Shown here piece after piece: positions 43,401 to 53,967 of a stretch of 64,000 nt of DNA. The notes under the pieces are model-generated. The model did not search any database, was not told where the DNA came from, and saw only the letters and a list, made by a program, of their open reading frames with translations. This DNA comes from Botryllus schlosseri (taxonomy: Eukaryota). The stretch spans positions 3,164,001 to 3,228,000 of the forward strand of contig CM119378.1 in assembly GCA_051294905.1 (NCBI GenBank), in the 5' to 3' direction. Within the stretch, counting starts at the first letter, position 1. Each line of letters opens with the position of its first letter. The translations under genes and the position numbers were made by a program.

Positions 43401-44735
43401 AGGTTGGCTAAATCAATACTGAACATCTACTTTGGCTCAATTCCAACCTGTAGAAGTGTAGCTATAAGAGTCGCATATTTATTATAAAAAATGAAGAAAA
43501 ACAATTCCAATTTCACTGGTCACCCCATTAAATTGTTAGGTTGTCTAAAAATATGAGTCATAACAAATTTGGCTAATTCTTTCCGATATGTAGAAGCGAA
43601 GTTGATAGAAAATTTTCGATTCGAAAAAAAAAATGTTTAAAGTAGGCTATAATTTTCTTGTCTAATAGCTACGCTGGCAGCGCAATTGTGGTTAAACAGT
43701 GGTACAAATAACACAAATCTCACCTCATAATATGATTTGATGTGCTTCAAGAGTAGGCTTAAATTCTGGATGGACAGATTCACATTCCCACGTGCATGCT
43801 TGTCGGCTTTCGCGTTACTTGGACGCGGATCGCTGAAAATAAAATACGAAGTTCAACTGTTACTATAAAAAGTCAAGTTAGCAAACAAACAGCTTCACTA
43901 TTCAACATGGAGCATACAATAACTTCTATCCAAAACACACTGCAGTAGATTAAACTTTAATCTCATTACGCTTCCTAAACGTCCACAAACTTACATCTCT
44001 AGCATGACTTCATTCAGAGCCACTCCATCCGTAAGGTCTTCCACCTCCAATGCTTCACGGCCGAGTAAAAGTTGGATCTACGGAATACAAGCACATCTTA
44101 CCTCAGGCACAAATATGACCAGTTATTTATGCTCGCAAATATAGCTTGGTAAAATCGAGTAACTGTTTGATTCAATTCAGAAATGAATATTAGGTTTTGA
44201 GTCAAGAATTTGAGTATCACTCATTATGATGTCACAACGGTATGAAAGAAATGCAAAGTTCAAATGTGTACCTTTCATACGACCATAAACAATATATAAT
44301 ACAAGTTCTACATCACAATAAAAATATTTGGTATTTTTAGACCATATCTATTCCCACTAACGTACATAACTTTGTACTACAGGTTGGTATGCTGCTATAC
44401 GACCAATCGGAGTTCAACAGCCACCCACAGCAGAAAATAGTATCGAAACTATAATTTTCGATGATAAATTAAATCTTAGTGGCAAGAAGTGTACAATTTC
44501 GGTACTCGATAAAATCATCCGTCACTACCCGACTCAAATCATTGTGCCCAAATAGACTAGTTTCATGCAAAATCGAGTCAAAATGCTATTTCTTTTCTGA
44601 TCTAAAACAGCTTAGTTTCTTCCATTAATTACACTTGATTCAGTAACCAAGATGATGTAAATAAACGGTGTTTCAACTTACCCATTGCACTAATGGAGTA
44701 TTCATGAAGTGCGCAAGTGAATCTGTTTCAGACAT
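1309..44735 (-). CDS. CCDC88C: Girdin/Daple family protein (CCDC88A/C-like): HOOK domain, coiled coil, GBA motifs; multi-exon, 3' end probably beyond the window start
   Basis: Hand-spliced exons in transcript order, all GT-AG and phase-consistent: 44682-44735, 43995-44077, 43724-43832, 34898-35026, 33316-33399, 31947-32090, 30116-30154, 29931-30058, 29452-29533, 28525-28703, 27714-27840, 27160-27292, 26933-27069, 26484-26561, 24614-24835, 23510-23635, 23309-23430, 23107-23215, 22249-22386, 22019-22129, 21629-21781, 21108-21271, 20033-20185, 19278-19416, 18922-19068, 18064-18225, 16145-16402, 14843-14997, 14635-14767, 13801-14000, 11918-12015, 11083-11331, 8025-8153, 6388-6474, 4330-4430, 2671-3075, 1309-1461 (5220 nt, 1740 aa). 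Diagnostic peptides: [102 protein letters not shown] versus C orthology cannot be resolved by eye. Confidence 0.93.
2671..3075 (-). CDS. CCDC88C: CCDC88 Ser/Pro-rich C-terminal-region exon
   Basis: acaaacag|GAT AGA AGA ACC... 405 nt open, GC-rich, ends CAG|gtctga; phase 0-0. Corresponds to ORF 2665..3063. Confidence 0.8.
4330..4430 (-). CDS. CCDC88C: CCDC88 exon encoding the first GBA-like motif
   Basis: ccttcag|...[33 protein letters not shown]|gtacag; ISLHQFLEE fits the GBA consensus. Confidence 0.85.
9777..9866 (-). CDS. Candidate CCDC88 cassette exon (90 nt, basic)
   Basis: CACTAAC branch point at ~9904-9910, tctctctag| acceptor, C|gtaagg donor; phase 1-1; encodes (A)[29 protein letters not shown]. 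Confidence 0.55.
10350..10383 (+). ncRNA. Minimal type-I hammerhead ribozyme, second family
   Basis: ACUU-CUGAUGA-GA(GUCAG)UC-GAAA-AGCU-UA-GGGU followed by GAAATAAA; palindromic AAGCUU in stem III. Confidence 0.65.
13565..13728 (+). mobile_element. tRNA-derived SINE (or tRNA pseudogene)
   Basis: A box TAGCTCAGTTGG, B box GGTTCAAGTCC, no proper acceptor stem, (CTA)n tail. Confidence 0.6.
14024..14490. mobile_element. Family A hAT-type MITE
   Basis: CAGGGTTG...TTACAACGCTG; internal homology to the 16435 and 20378 copies; no clear TSD. Confidence 0.75.
15300..16100. repeat. AT-rich minisatellite, ~40-45-bp unit
   Basis: Repeated ctgtagctataattctaattctagtctaatttggaaaaaaa. Confidence 0.9.
16435..16866. 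mobile_element. Family A hAT-type MITE (GACTCGAGTC-rich)
   Basis: TIR CAGGGTTGTAA...TTACAACCCTG; perfect 8-bp TSD TTCTCCGT (16427-34 and 16867-74). Confidence 0.88.
17113..17630. mobile_element. Family B-related foldback element
   Basis: 17305-17400 is a near-perfect reverse complement of 17454-17546. Further relatives at ~6754-6864, 10140-10330, 27320-27670, 30390-30757, 43345-43640, 63851-64000. Confidence 0.75.
19734..19950 (+). mobile_element. Family C: ~200-nt Penelope/retrozyme-like repeat carrying a hammerhead (near full-length copy; box reads GAAG)
   Basis: gaagctctc...gacgtcatatttggcgatacgattgttgatatacaatgttctttccaatt...gctgacgattACCCCTGACGAGTGTCAGCTGAAGATATTCGGGT...attgaagttctgtacctccaagaa. 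Homologous segments at ~18380, 19100, 23915, 24485, 27960, 28130, 28260, 28780, 28975, 31365, 31545, 31790, 35905, 37815, 40660, 43184, 47003/47535, 59467. Confidence 0.8.
20378..20904. mobile_element. Family A hAT-type MITE
   Basis: CAGGGTAGTAA...TCACAACCCTG; TSD GTTGATCC/GTTGAACC (7/8). Confidence 0.82.
22410..22835. mobile_element. Family A hAT-type MITE (opposite orientation)
   Basis: CTGGGTTGTAACCAAGTC...ATTACATCACTG; reverse-complement homology to the 14024 copy. Confidence 0.75.
24916..25560. mobile_element. Family B foldback MITE (long near-perfect inverted arms)
   Basis: Ends TAAGGATGTTCAAAAA / TTTTTGAACACCCCTA; arms of ~280 bp are reverse complements; flanks CTGTTCAC / CTTGTTCAC. 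Confidence 0.85.
25943..26362. mobile_element. TTAA-flanked foldback MITE (Kolobok/T2-type termini)
   Basis: TTAA|ATGGGCACTGCACTCT...AGAGCGCAGTGCCCCT|TTAA; ~40-bp TIR plus internal inverted arms 25981-26064 and 26160-26244. Confidence 0.8.
27994..28027 (-). ncRNA. Minimal type-I hammerhead ribozyme, intact core, sense to CCDC88 intron 10
   Basis: Reverse complement ACCC-CUGACGA-G(UGUCAGC)C-GAAA-AUAU-UU-GGGU. Confidence 0.7.
29720..29896. mobile_element. Family A short internally deleted MITE
   Basis: CAGGGTTGTAACCAAGTCAC...ATTACAACCCTG. Confidence 0.75.
32294..33190. mobile_element. Family A MITE interrupted by a nested family B element
   Basis: Family A left end at 32294; family A homology resumes after 32985. 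Confidence 0.7.
32468..32976. mobile_element. Family B foldback MITE
   Basis: TAGTGGTGTTCAA...TTGAACACCCCTA with perfect 8-bp TSD ATGTTCAC. Confidence 0.82.
33940..34560. repeat. Minisatellite, ~36-bp unit
   Basis: Repeated caactagaactagaactactcacttttcaaaactct; fragments also at ~17060, 17670 and 34800. Confidence 0.88.
35168..35684. mobile_element. hAT-type MITE
   Basis: TIR TAGGGCTGGGCA...TGCCCAGCCCTA; perfect 8-bp TSD CAAATGAC. Degenerate relative in opposite orientation at ~44140-44560. Confidence 0.88.
35905..36100 (-). mobile_element. Family C copy (hammerhead partly deleted)
   Basis: Plus strand starts gaagagcttcttggaagtacagaacttcaatata and ends gaagagagagctt. Confidence 0.75.
40660..40830 (-). 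mobile_element. Family C copy (hammerhead at 40723-40756; box reads GAAC)
   Basis: aagcttcttggaggtacagaacttcaatatacaattg...acccgaatatgttcggctgacactcgtcaggggtaatc... Confidence 0.8.
43724..44735 (-). CDS. CCDC88C: CCDC88 coding exons 1-3 (start of HOOK domain)
   Basis: [18 protein letters not shown] | [28 protein letters not shown] | [36 protein letters not shown]; donors gtaagt, gtaagt and gtgag. Confidence 0.9.
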
Positions 44736-46359
44736 TTTGAATGGTACCAGTATACCTACAAAACATTTGTGACGGCAAACATTAGATGAGGTATCAGACA
44801 AGACAAACACTTGTGTGAAAATGTAAGTATTACAGCAAATACCAATTGCTGATGTCATTAGTATTGCGGCAACACTAACGTCGAGTTCAGACTATGAAAC
44901 TACGTTGATAATCTGGAACAGGTGGTGTCTCCATTTAGATGTAAACTGGAGGACTATAATAGAACATGACAAACATTTTATCATCCTCATCCAGCAACCA
45001 CTGAGTGACCGAGTATCTTGAATTTTCAACTACTAGCACATTAAACACAGTGAGGTTTTGTTACACTAAAAGATATAGTAACACATTTAGATGAGAGAGA
45101 GAGAATTTATTGAATTTAAAGTATGCGTCGTAAATTCAGTGCGAATTTCTATGCAATACAGGGGGAGAAAAGACAGCATCATTATCAATAGGCTATAAAT
45201 AATTACACAATACATAAAACAGTGAGATTGAAAATATATATTCAGAGGCCTACATCGTCGCTGCGGAAACAGGGTATAGCTTACGGTATGTTATTTTAAT
45301 AATTTTAGGAAAAATCAAGTTTTTGTAAACTTTTATTTACTTTCGGCCATATTTTGGCCATGGCTATGTTTCAAACAATGTGACAAACAAAAACATAGCC
45401 AATATATGACAAAAAAATTGAAAATCTTACAAAAATGATGATTCCACAATCCACAGCGACAATTACTAGAAGTAGAAGGGTCGACGCGATAAATCCATAA
45501 TATTTAGTCAAAATAATAGACGTATTATTTACTGCTATGCTAATAGCTCTCACCTTAGACACAGTACGTTAGCAACAATAAAAAAAACAGTAACTATAGG
45601 CTATCATATCACCTGTTAGTTTGAAGTCTTCCAGAACGTTAATTCCATATCAAAATACAAAATATAATCCAGAAGATGTTTGTAAGTCGCAGGTTATCAG
45701 TTCCGAGACTATATATTGTAATTTATCAAAGCACCATGCTATCTGAAATGTTAACCATAACCTGAATTGTCAATGTTACTAATCTCATGTCCATGATGGG
45801 CAATTTATATATAGTAAAAGCTTAAGCCACTTTGTTCTGTAATAGGATCAATTCTGCTTAATCCATTAACAATGATCCTATTCTGTCTTTTGTGGCACAG
45901 TCAATTTGATGGCCTTAACCAGAAGTCCTATAGCTGGCTAACTATAGTAGCAGGTAAAATAAGGGTTCTAATAATTACATATTTCGATTTGAGTAGGACT
46001 ATAAATGAGAAATGACAAGTGCAGCAGGAAACACTATGAAGTGGAACAACTGCTTGGCGTTTGCCAGCGTTATGCAGGAGCGCTTGCTTACGAGCTTTGT
46101 CGGTTACTGCACTGGTACCTGTCTCGTACTTCCTTGGATTAAAAAGCATGTTTTGTAAACATGTGCCGGTTGAAAATGCTCGACTAATTCTTAATGTAAC
46201 GGTACCTCAGCATCTTATCCAACTGCGACCTGTCCAGTTGCCTCAGTAAATGTCTCGAAGTCAATACAATACAACCCAATCATCGTAATACCGGATGCAG
46301 CATTTAACCGTAACCAGCCTAAACCGTGTTTCAATTCAAGCATTGCGCCTTTGTCATGT

Positions 46360-46400
46360 TTTATATGACGACGTCATTAAACCGACGTCAGGACGTGAAT
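46360..46400. promoter_or_regulatory. Cluster of CRE/ATF-like motifs, possible CCDC88 promoter
   Basis: ATGACG, GACGTCAT, GACGTCA and GACGTG within 40 bp, ~1.6 kb upstream of the ATG. A possible 5'UTR donor (acag|gtgata) lies at ~45612. Confidence 0.25.
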
Positions 46401-47091
46401 TTTCTGATGGGACTTGACTAACGAGCGACACCCTGCGATTGCTAAGTAGGCTACTTGACTTTCACAGACCGATTTCCCAATTCACAGAGGAAACAATTTC
46501 AGGAATACATAGAAGGAGTTCTGTATAGCCACAAACGAATTTTGATTTCGCTCCCCAGATACCCTTCGACGTATGGGCCATTTCGTAGGATTTGTCCTCC
46601 CTTTTCAAGAAATTTTGTTTTTAGTCAACACCACAGCGGTATCGTTAAAAAGTAGGTAATTCGATCGGGGGAGTCTAGTCGTAAAGATGATCTTTTCTTA
46701 GTCAACACAGTAGAATATATATCATCAGTCAACACAACAAGATTTCCAGTACAAATTTTAGAATCAGCAGTTTCGGTAGGCCTCATCTGACTTTTATGAT
46801 TTGTAAAAAGTGTCCTCATCCTCTCCTGATTCCAAAATATGGTAAACATATACCATTTCGTCACTGCTCTTTATGTATACAATTGTCAAAACACACAAAC
46901 TATCTCCGCGGCGACTTTATTTTCCATCATTGCACGATTCACGAATAAGCAGGAATAGGCTATAGCTAACCTGAATGCATTGGACCTATCTATATATTTG
47001 AAGAGCTTCTTGGAGGTACAGAACTTCAAGATACAATTGTAGTATATAGTATATTTCGATGACTTCTTTACCTCGGAATCAAAAGCGCACA

Positions 47092-47530
47092 AGTAGGCCT
47101 ACAACACACGCGCGTCCACGTCGTCCAAATACCATATGATCGACCGAAAAGATCAGCGCGCTCCATCAAATATGCCGGACCTGACGTGTGGAACAGTATC
47201 CCGCCGGCCATCCAGTCGAAATACAAGCAATTACTACTAAATAAATACTAGTCCATCCTCAAGATTACCGGACCACGATCTGACCTATCGATCTCGCCTT
47301 CCATGACATGCCACCCCATTTTTGTCGCTTGCTTTTTTTCTATTCTATATCTTCTTTTACTTTTCATTCAGTGTGCAATGTGCATGCCTCCCCTTTACAT
47401 CGCCTAGGCCAAAGAGGAAGTCTGATTTCATTACCTACTCCAAGTCGCTTCGACACTTCCCTACCTTTTCATTGTATCGCATTTTTGTGGTGTATTGAAC
47501 TGATGAAAATTGCTAATAAACCAATGATTA
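47092..47530 (+). mobile_element. 5'-truncated LINE (L2/CR1-group-like) 3' end, inserted into a family C copy
   Basis: Degenerate ORF2 C-terminus YNTR...RSIKYAGPDVWNSIPPAIQS, then 3'UTR ending AATAAA. UTR homologs at 48355-48620 (-), 49760-49930 (-), 53330-53710 (+) and 61790-61905 (-). Confidence 0.7.
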
Positions 47531-47546
47531 TGATCATATTAAATGA

Positions 47547-47580
47547 ACCCGAATATTTTCGGCTAACACTCATCAGGGGT
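47547..47580 (-). ncRNA. Minimal type-I hammerhead ribozyme, intact core (repeat family C)
   Basis: Reverse complement ACCC-CUGAUGA-G(UGUUAGC)C-GAAA-AUAU-UC-GGGU: stem I ACCC/GGGU, conserved CUGANGA and GAAA boxes, 1-bp stem II, palindromic stem III (AAUAUU), UC cleavage site. Confidence 0.75.
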
Positions 47581-48354
47581 AGGCTAATCGTCAGCAACTA
47601 TGGCAAATAATTGGAAAGAAAGTTGTATATCAGCAATCGTATCACAAAATATAACGTCACCACTCACCAGCATGAAATTTCGAATAAGAGAGCATAGTGC
47701 TATAATCGCGTTGGGCGCGAAATTATTCAAAATCAACGGATGAATTTTGTAGGCAATAAATAATAATCCATCCTCTGACAGCCCTATCAAATTGCCGGAA
47801 GTGTTGACTGCGAAAACTAAGGACATGTGATTGCAATGAACAATACAAAATATTAGCCTACATTTTAAGCTGTGTTCAACATTATTCATTGTTCACATGT
47901 CACGTGGAGAAGAATAGTAGTAGCCTAATTAGTTTCACGCCAATTATCTTAGAGTGGGCCCATTGTTATTATAATAAGGATTGAAACATTGCTAGTATAG
48001 CGACAATTGGACATAAATAAATAGGAGAAGAGCAGGAATCTTTTATCGATCACAATTCGTAATTATGCACATCGAAGAACATATCGCCGTAAAATGCATT
48101 GCATATTTCATAATACATTTATACCGCTGATCGAATTAGGCCAAAGCTCGAGCGTGACATTGAAGTGTTAAATCATCTCAGTCAGTCAGTCAGTAAGTTA
48201 TTTATTGACGTTGAATCCATTTAAATGCACCACATGGTTGCGGCGTAATGGCGGGATGGTGTCGAAGTGATTTGGAGTGGTTATTTGACCAGACACCCAT
48301 CTTGGCCTACATCATGATTCACCAATTCGTGTTGGCAAATGCGGCCCACAACTT

Positions 48355-48620
48355 CATCATTGGGTTTTATTAGCAATTTTATCAGTTCAATACACCACAA
48401 AAATGCGATACAATGAAATGACAGGAAGATGTCGAAGCGACAAGGAGTAGTCTATGGAATCTGACACCCACCTTGGCCTAGGCGATGTAAAGAGGAGGCA
48501 TGCACACTGAATGAAAGTAAAGAAGATAGTATAGAAAAAGAATGCGACAAGAAAATAGGGCGGCATGTCATGGGAAGCGAGATCGATAGGTCAGTCGTGG
48601 TCCGGTAATCTTGAGGATGG
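48355..48620 (-). mobile_element. LINE 3'UTR fragment, inverted relative to 47263-47530
   Basis: Reverse complement of ccatcctcaagattaccggaccacga...ttgctaataaa. Confidence 0.7.
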
Positions 48621-50869
48621 TTCTAGATTCCGTAAAATCACGTGATAATGTATAGGCCATAATAAATATAACAATAGGGAGAGGCTACCATATGACCTCT
48701 AAACTAAAATGTCCTCCCGCCCATCCTGTTTTTTCGCAATCCGTCCTCTCTTTATAAAATACGACAAATGTAGGGTTACCAACCAACCATATGTCCTTCT
48801 ATAGGAGGATTTGTCGTCCTTTTTCAGGAAATCAAAAATGTCCGCCGATGACGCCTAAATGACGTAAATGTTCTCCTTTTCGGCAATTTGTCCTCCGTTG
48901 TAACTTTTGGCAGCCAGGCTAGTTAGTGGACAGACGTAACTAAAAAATGGATATGACGCGAAATTTGTAATGTGGACGTTCGAGTGGGTCTTTCGGGAGT
49001 AGGAATGGAAAATGGCCTTTTTTTGATCAACGTTTATGTCAAAATCTTAAAATCAGCGGTTTCCTACTCTGATAATCTAATAACTTTTGTACTTTGTAAA
49101 AAGTGTCCTGCGAGTTAATTCTCGAGATTCGTTATAACATCAGGTAAAATTGCAAGGCCAACCAAAATTTGATTAGCCTGACCACGAAATTTGATGATAA
49201 CTAAAACATCAGTTCCGACGCATTGGCGTAACCAGGGCTCAGCCACATTTATCGCAGATCTTCGTATATGACCTCGACCATAAAGTAGAATATTCCGTAG
49301 CAGATTTATTTGACTTGAAATCTTTCTCAGCACTTCGCATGATTTATTGTCACTCGATTTCTTGCATTTAGTATTGGAGCCCCCTCCTGAAAATTATAAA
49401 TACGCGTAATTCACAGAATTGAGTCTAACTATAGCCTATTCGCAATTAGGAGATAACGTGTCGTCCAACATTCGACTTCGCTTGTGCGCTCGCAGCGAGA
49501 TCGTCGGCGACGAAACATTTGCACAAAATGTTAGAGGCATATATGTTCATCGAAACTGTCGATATTGCTATGTCTAAACGCCATATAATCCTGTCCTTGC
49601 GGCCTCAAAATATGTAAGTAACATGTTTAATGATAGAATTCATTCATTACCTTTCAAAATATCTCGCGCTTCGCGCGCGACCATGGCTGCACCATGTACG
49701 GTTACACACAGACTTTTCATGACATAGGCCAATAGGTATCAATTTTAAAGCGTATAGTAATCAAGTTCAAGTTCAAGATCAAGTTTATTCATAAAATTTC
49801 ATCACTTCAAAACATCACAAGACTGCAATACAATGAATGATAGGAAGATGCCGAAATGACTAGGAGTAGTCTTAAGATCAGACACCTACCTGAGCCGAGG
49901 CGATGTAAAGAGGAAGCATGCATGTCTGAATGATATTTTCAACCGTTAAGTATGATGCCAGTCAATGGCATATTTAGTTTTGCTGATACAGTGTCCATTA
50001 CAATCTCGTAAAAAAAGGATTGGACGAGCAAATGTCAAAAGATAATATAAAACCGAAATTGGGTCATTATTACAACCTTAAATAAAATAATTTTTCGTTT
50101 TCCCTTTCGTATTTTTTCGTTGAGCAATCTGTATTACATAACTGAATATTTTACTGAAGGAAAAAATGAAATATGTATTGTAGAATTGCAACGGCTAACA
50201 GGGTGCAGAAACACTCTCGCCTAACCGCTTTCTGTTGCTGTTGTTATTCACATATTTGTGTATATTTATCAGTTACTTTGCGTATGTGTGGATTGTGTGC
50301 GGGTGTGAGGGGGGAGTAAGTGCCTCGCCTGTCATTAATCTCACCGCACGTCACCGAGTCGCTCGATATCATTTAAATCGAGTATATAAGGTGCAAATCG
50401 TTAGTATGCTCATGCTGCACGTTTTTCGACAGTATCTACACAATTATGGCCTACTTTAATTATGTAACGTTAAAAAAACATTTTGTTTTTTCAAATTGAC
50501 ATTTGTTTAAAACACTGTTTAAACATGTTTTAAACAAAGTGATTTATAACACCGTTTGTTTTAAATGCAACCCTAACAACAAATAAAGAATTCTCGTAAA
50601 TATATTTTGTTAGCAGATAAGGGTATTTAGTCGGGTTATTACGAAATTTCATCCAGAAAAGTGACGAAACGAATCCCCAAACTATTTCTACTTTACAAAA
50701 GCCCAATTGCTGTTTTGCCCGCGAGACCCGACCCGAGATAGACTCCTGTTACATCGAGCATTAGGTCGGGTGGATGTTAGATTGATAGACCGTAAATATT
50801 CTGAATATGCTAACCAAACAGTGGCAATCAACTTCCCGTGGTTGCTCGTGGTCGTTCTCTTTTTATTTG

Positions 50870-51426
50870 AAGGTCCTGGCATCTATAAAATTCCGAGCGC
50901 CTCTACCTACTCTCTTGGAATATTTCACTAATGTTTTCAAGTTGTGCTCCGTTATTTATAACCGAATATGTATTCGTTAGTTAGCCTATGTATCGTTATA
51001 CCGTCAACCAGTTGTTTATTTTTGTTACTATAGCTTGTTACTGGTAGAATATTTCGAATTTGATTTACCTTATTACTGACGTGAATTGCCTCATAATAGA
51101 TTCAAAAAAGCCCTACTTGGTCACCTCTTGTTGTTATACTAATACTGTTGCCCTACCTCGCCCAGCTTCATTGATCTTGATCATTTGCTACCGGCGTTTA
51201 ATTCTTCTATTTTACTTTTTTGACTAACATTTTTTACATCCAGACTGTTTAGAGTCGAGTGTACCTGTTTGATGCTGGTGTGATCAGACTAGATCAGACT
51301 AGAGTTATCGATCATTCCTATCTAATACCGAATACTGTGCATGTATATTTTCTGTACCACCATCACTGCCGTGTGTTATGTATTTTGGTTGGATGTAAAT
51401 AAAGACTCTCTCTTCTCTCTCTCTCT
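50870..51426 (+). mobile_element. Probable LINE 3' end with (CT)n tail
   Basis: SIKFRAP-like remnant at ~50880; ends AATAAA followed by (CT)n. Confidence 0.4.
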
Positions 51427-52014
51427 TCGCTACTGGAGAGAGTTGTTTCTAACTATTTGTTTCGTGCAATGCAAAAACCATGGCAAACCAAAGTAAGTGA
51501 TGTCCCTTTACCATTTCATAAATTTTTATCAGACACTGCTAAATCGTGCGGCTTGCTACCTGAACGATGCAACCATGGTGTCCTATATGGTGTGGACACG
51601 CAAATCTCACGGCTCAGTCAGTGAAATTGGTCTACGTCACACTTTCCATTTGGTTAAAGGCAATTTGACGGTAGCCTAATTTTTACCGGGTTGCCGAGCG
51701 CGAAATTCAATAAAACGGGTAGCTATCAATCGAAAGCTGCCGTTATACTGATTACAAAAATATAACCCCCATAATCAGCCTTGAATTTCCAATTGTTATG
51801 GAGAGTGGCCTAGTGACGCAACAATGCTCTCTGGCGAAACGAGAGCGTAGCTCAGGAGCAAATGAGTGGTTTCGCGGCGAGAGTGAAATTGCTCAGCTGA
51901 TGTGTTTGCACGATATTACTAGACTAGACCAGTCTTGTACTCAAGGCCGTAACAGCACTTCGTCAGGCCCCCCAAAAACTACTTTGGTCTTTGGCTCCCA
52001 TGGGGTTATAGACC

Positions 52015-53000
52015 GAACTTCTGGGGGGCTTCGCCCCCCAGACCCTCCTCCAGCGATACCCTGTTTAGTGAATAGTTTGTTTAGTGAATCAGCTTTTGTC
52101 GCTTAAGCGGGCGAAGCGCGGGAAATTTCTAGAATTCATGACTGAATCGGGCAGTATGATCGGGAATTTCATATATATTGTTATCAGTTTTTATCTTCTC
52201 TCTGCTCACGTAATCAGATTTGCCGGTAGAGCTGAGTAAGGTGTGTTTGAAAAGGTAGGACCACTCAATAATAATTAAACATCTTCGGGCGTATGCACGT
52301 TGGCAGGAACGAAACAGCACCTCGTCAGGCCCCAAAAACGTGGGTCTTGGGCTCCCATAAGGTGATGAAACGACCCCTCCATCACGTTGTTCGCGTTTGT
52401 CACGAAATCATCTGTAGGCCCTACTGTATTGTGAGCCAGCGCGATGCGCGAAAATTTTCGATAATTTATGATAAAATCGGTCAATCAGATCGGCGATTGC
52501 ATATATATTATGCTATCAATTTATTGTCCTCTCTACTCACGTAATTAGATTTACCGGTAGAGCTGAGTGAAGTGTCTTGCAAACGGGAGGGCCCGTAAAT
52601 AATAATTAAACATCTTCGGGCAGACGGACCCGTTGATATGACTTCGTTACATGATTTTATTTCGTGACTTCCAGTCTGCTATATCAAAAAATATAGAATC
52701 GCCCAAACGTAGGCTTCTAAACTAAGAGACGCACACGATTTCAAATTGGTATTTCTTCACTGGCATAAATTTTTTCCCAGCGGGATGGTATTTGTCTTGT
52801 GAGGTTCAGATTGCAAAGACAGGAACATTCGGCGCCAGTCATTTAGGCGCCTATGGACAATTAAACCTATATGTATTTTGTATATACAACGAAGTTTTCG
52901 GTCAGCATAAGGGCATAGACCTTTTCGGCCAAGGTTTTCTCGCTGCCGATCGTTCTGGCACACTTCTTGGAGTCGCATGTTATATGGCCTAAAACTTGAT
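52015..53000 (+). repeat. ~1-kb unclassified interspersed repeat; diverged inverted copy at 54716-55360
   Basis: Shared blocks include ggggggcttcgcccccagaccc, aataattaaacatcttc, acaggaacattcggcgccag and ttcggccaaggttttctcgctg. Internal duplication: 52165-52290 matches 52495-52621. Confidence 0.75.
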
Positions 53001-53715
53001 TGTATGTCTTGGTGGGTTGTGGCGCGGTAAGGGCCCAATACCCAATAAAGATAAATGGCTATATGAATTGCTTGGTAAAATATCGTTGCCATTTTGGTGG
53101 ATCCGCAGGCAGATTTTCTGAAATACGGTATCTCAACCTCAGCCGAATGTCTGTATTTCACTGCGTGTTTTCATCAAATGGCTGACTCAAACTTACTGAC
53201 TTCACTGAAGAAAAATTATGTGCTAAAAATCTTCTTGAAATGTCGGCCTTCAGCCTCCACCTTCCTCTTTTCCCATGCTCGTTCACTGTCTATGGCTGTT
53301 TCACGAATTAGGAACGGAATACAAGAAAACGCACTGCTCTATCAAGTATTCCGGACCACCATTGTAGAACAGCATCTCGCCGGCTACCCGACAGTCGTCG
53401 AGCAAGTCCGCATTCCATTCGAAACGAGCAATGCCTTCTAAATGAATACTAGTCAGCCTTCAGGATTACCGGACCACGACCTAACATCGATCTCGCCACG
53501 TGTCACCTCATTTTGTCGCTTGCCTTTTATATTCTCTGCTTTACTTTTCATTCAGTGTGCATGCCTCGTCTTTACTTTGACTTGGCTAAGGCTGGTGTCT
53601 GATCACAAAGACTACTCAAAGTCGTTTCGACACCTTACTATCTTTTCATTGTATCGTAGTTTTGTGGTGGTTTGAAACGACGAAAATATTAATAAAACTG
53701 ATTGACTGGCCTACA

Positions 53716-53945
53716 AGATAGCGCAATGGTGAAGCGTTCAATCCTCGGCGCGGTCAGACCACAGACCTGATTAGAATAACCGCTACCCATGGCTTTCCGC
53801 TCGGCATATCCGGGATAACACGAAAGGATGGTACAAGACTTGGACAGTTGGACACCCTTACCAGGCTATTTCTGCACCTGCCTTGTCCTGCGGCACACAC
53901 ACATCATACAGTCATGGTATGCAGATACAGATACATATACACAGA
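53716..53945 (+). mobile_element. Degenerate tRNA-derived SINE
   Basis: TAGCGCAATGG (A box) and GTTCAATCC (B box, spacing collapsed), followed by ggtcagaccacagac and a CA/ATAC-rich tail. Confidence 0.4.
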
Positions 53946-53967
53946 TCGTGTGCATGTATATCATGAG

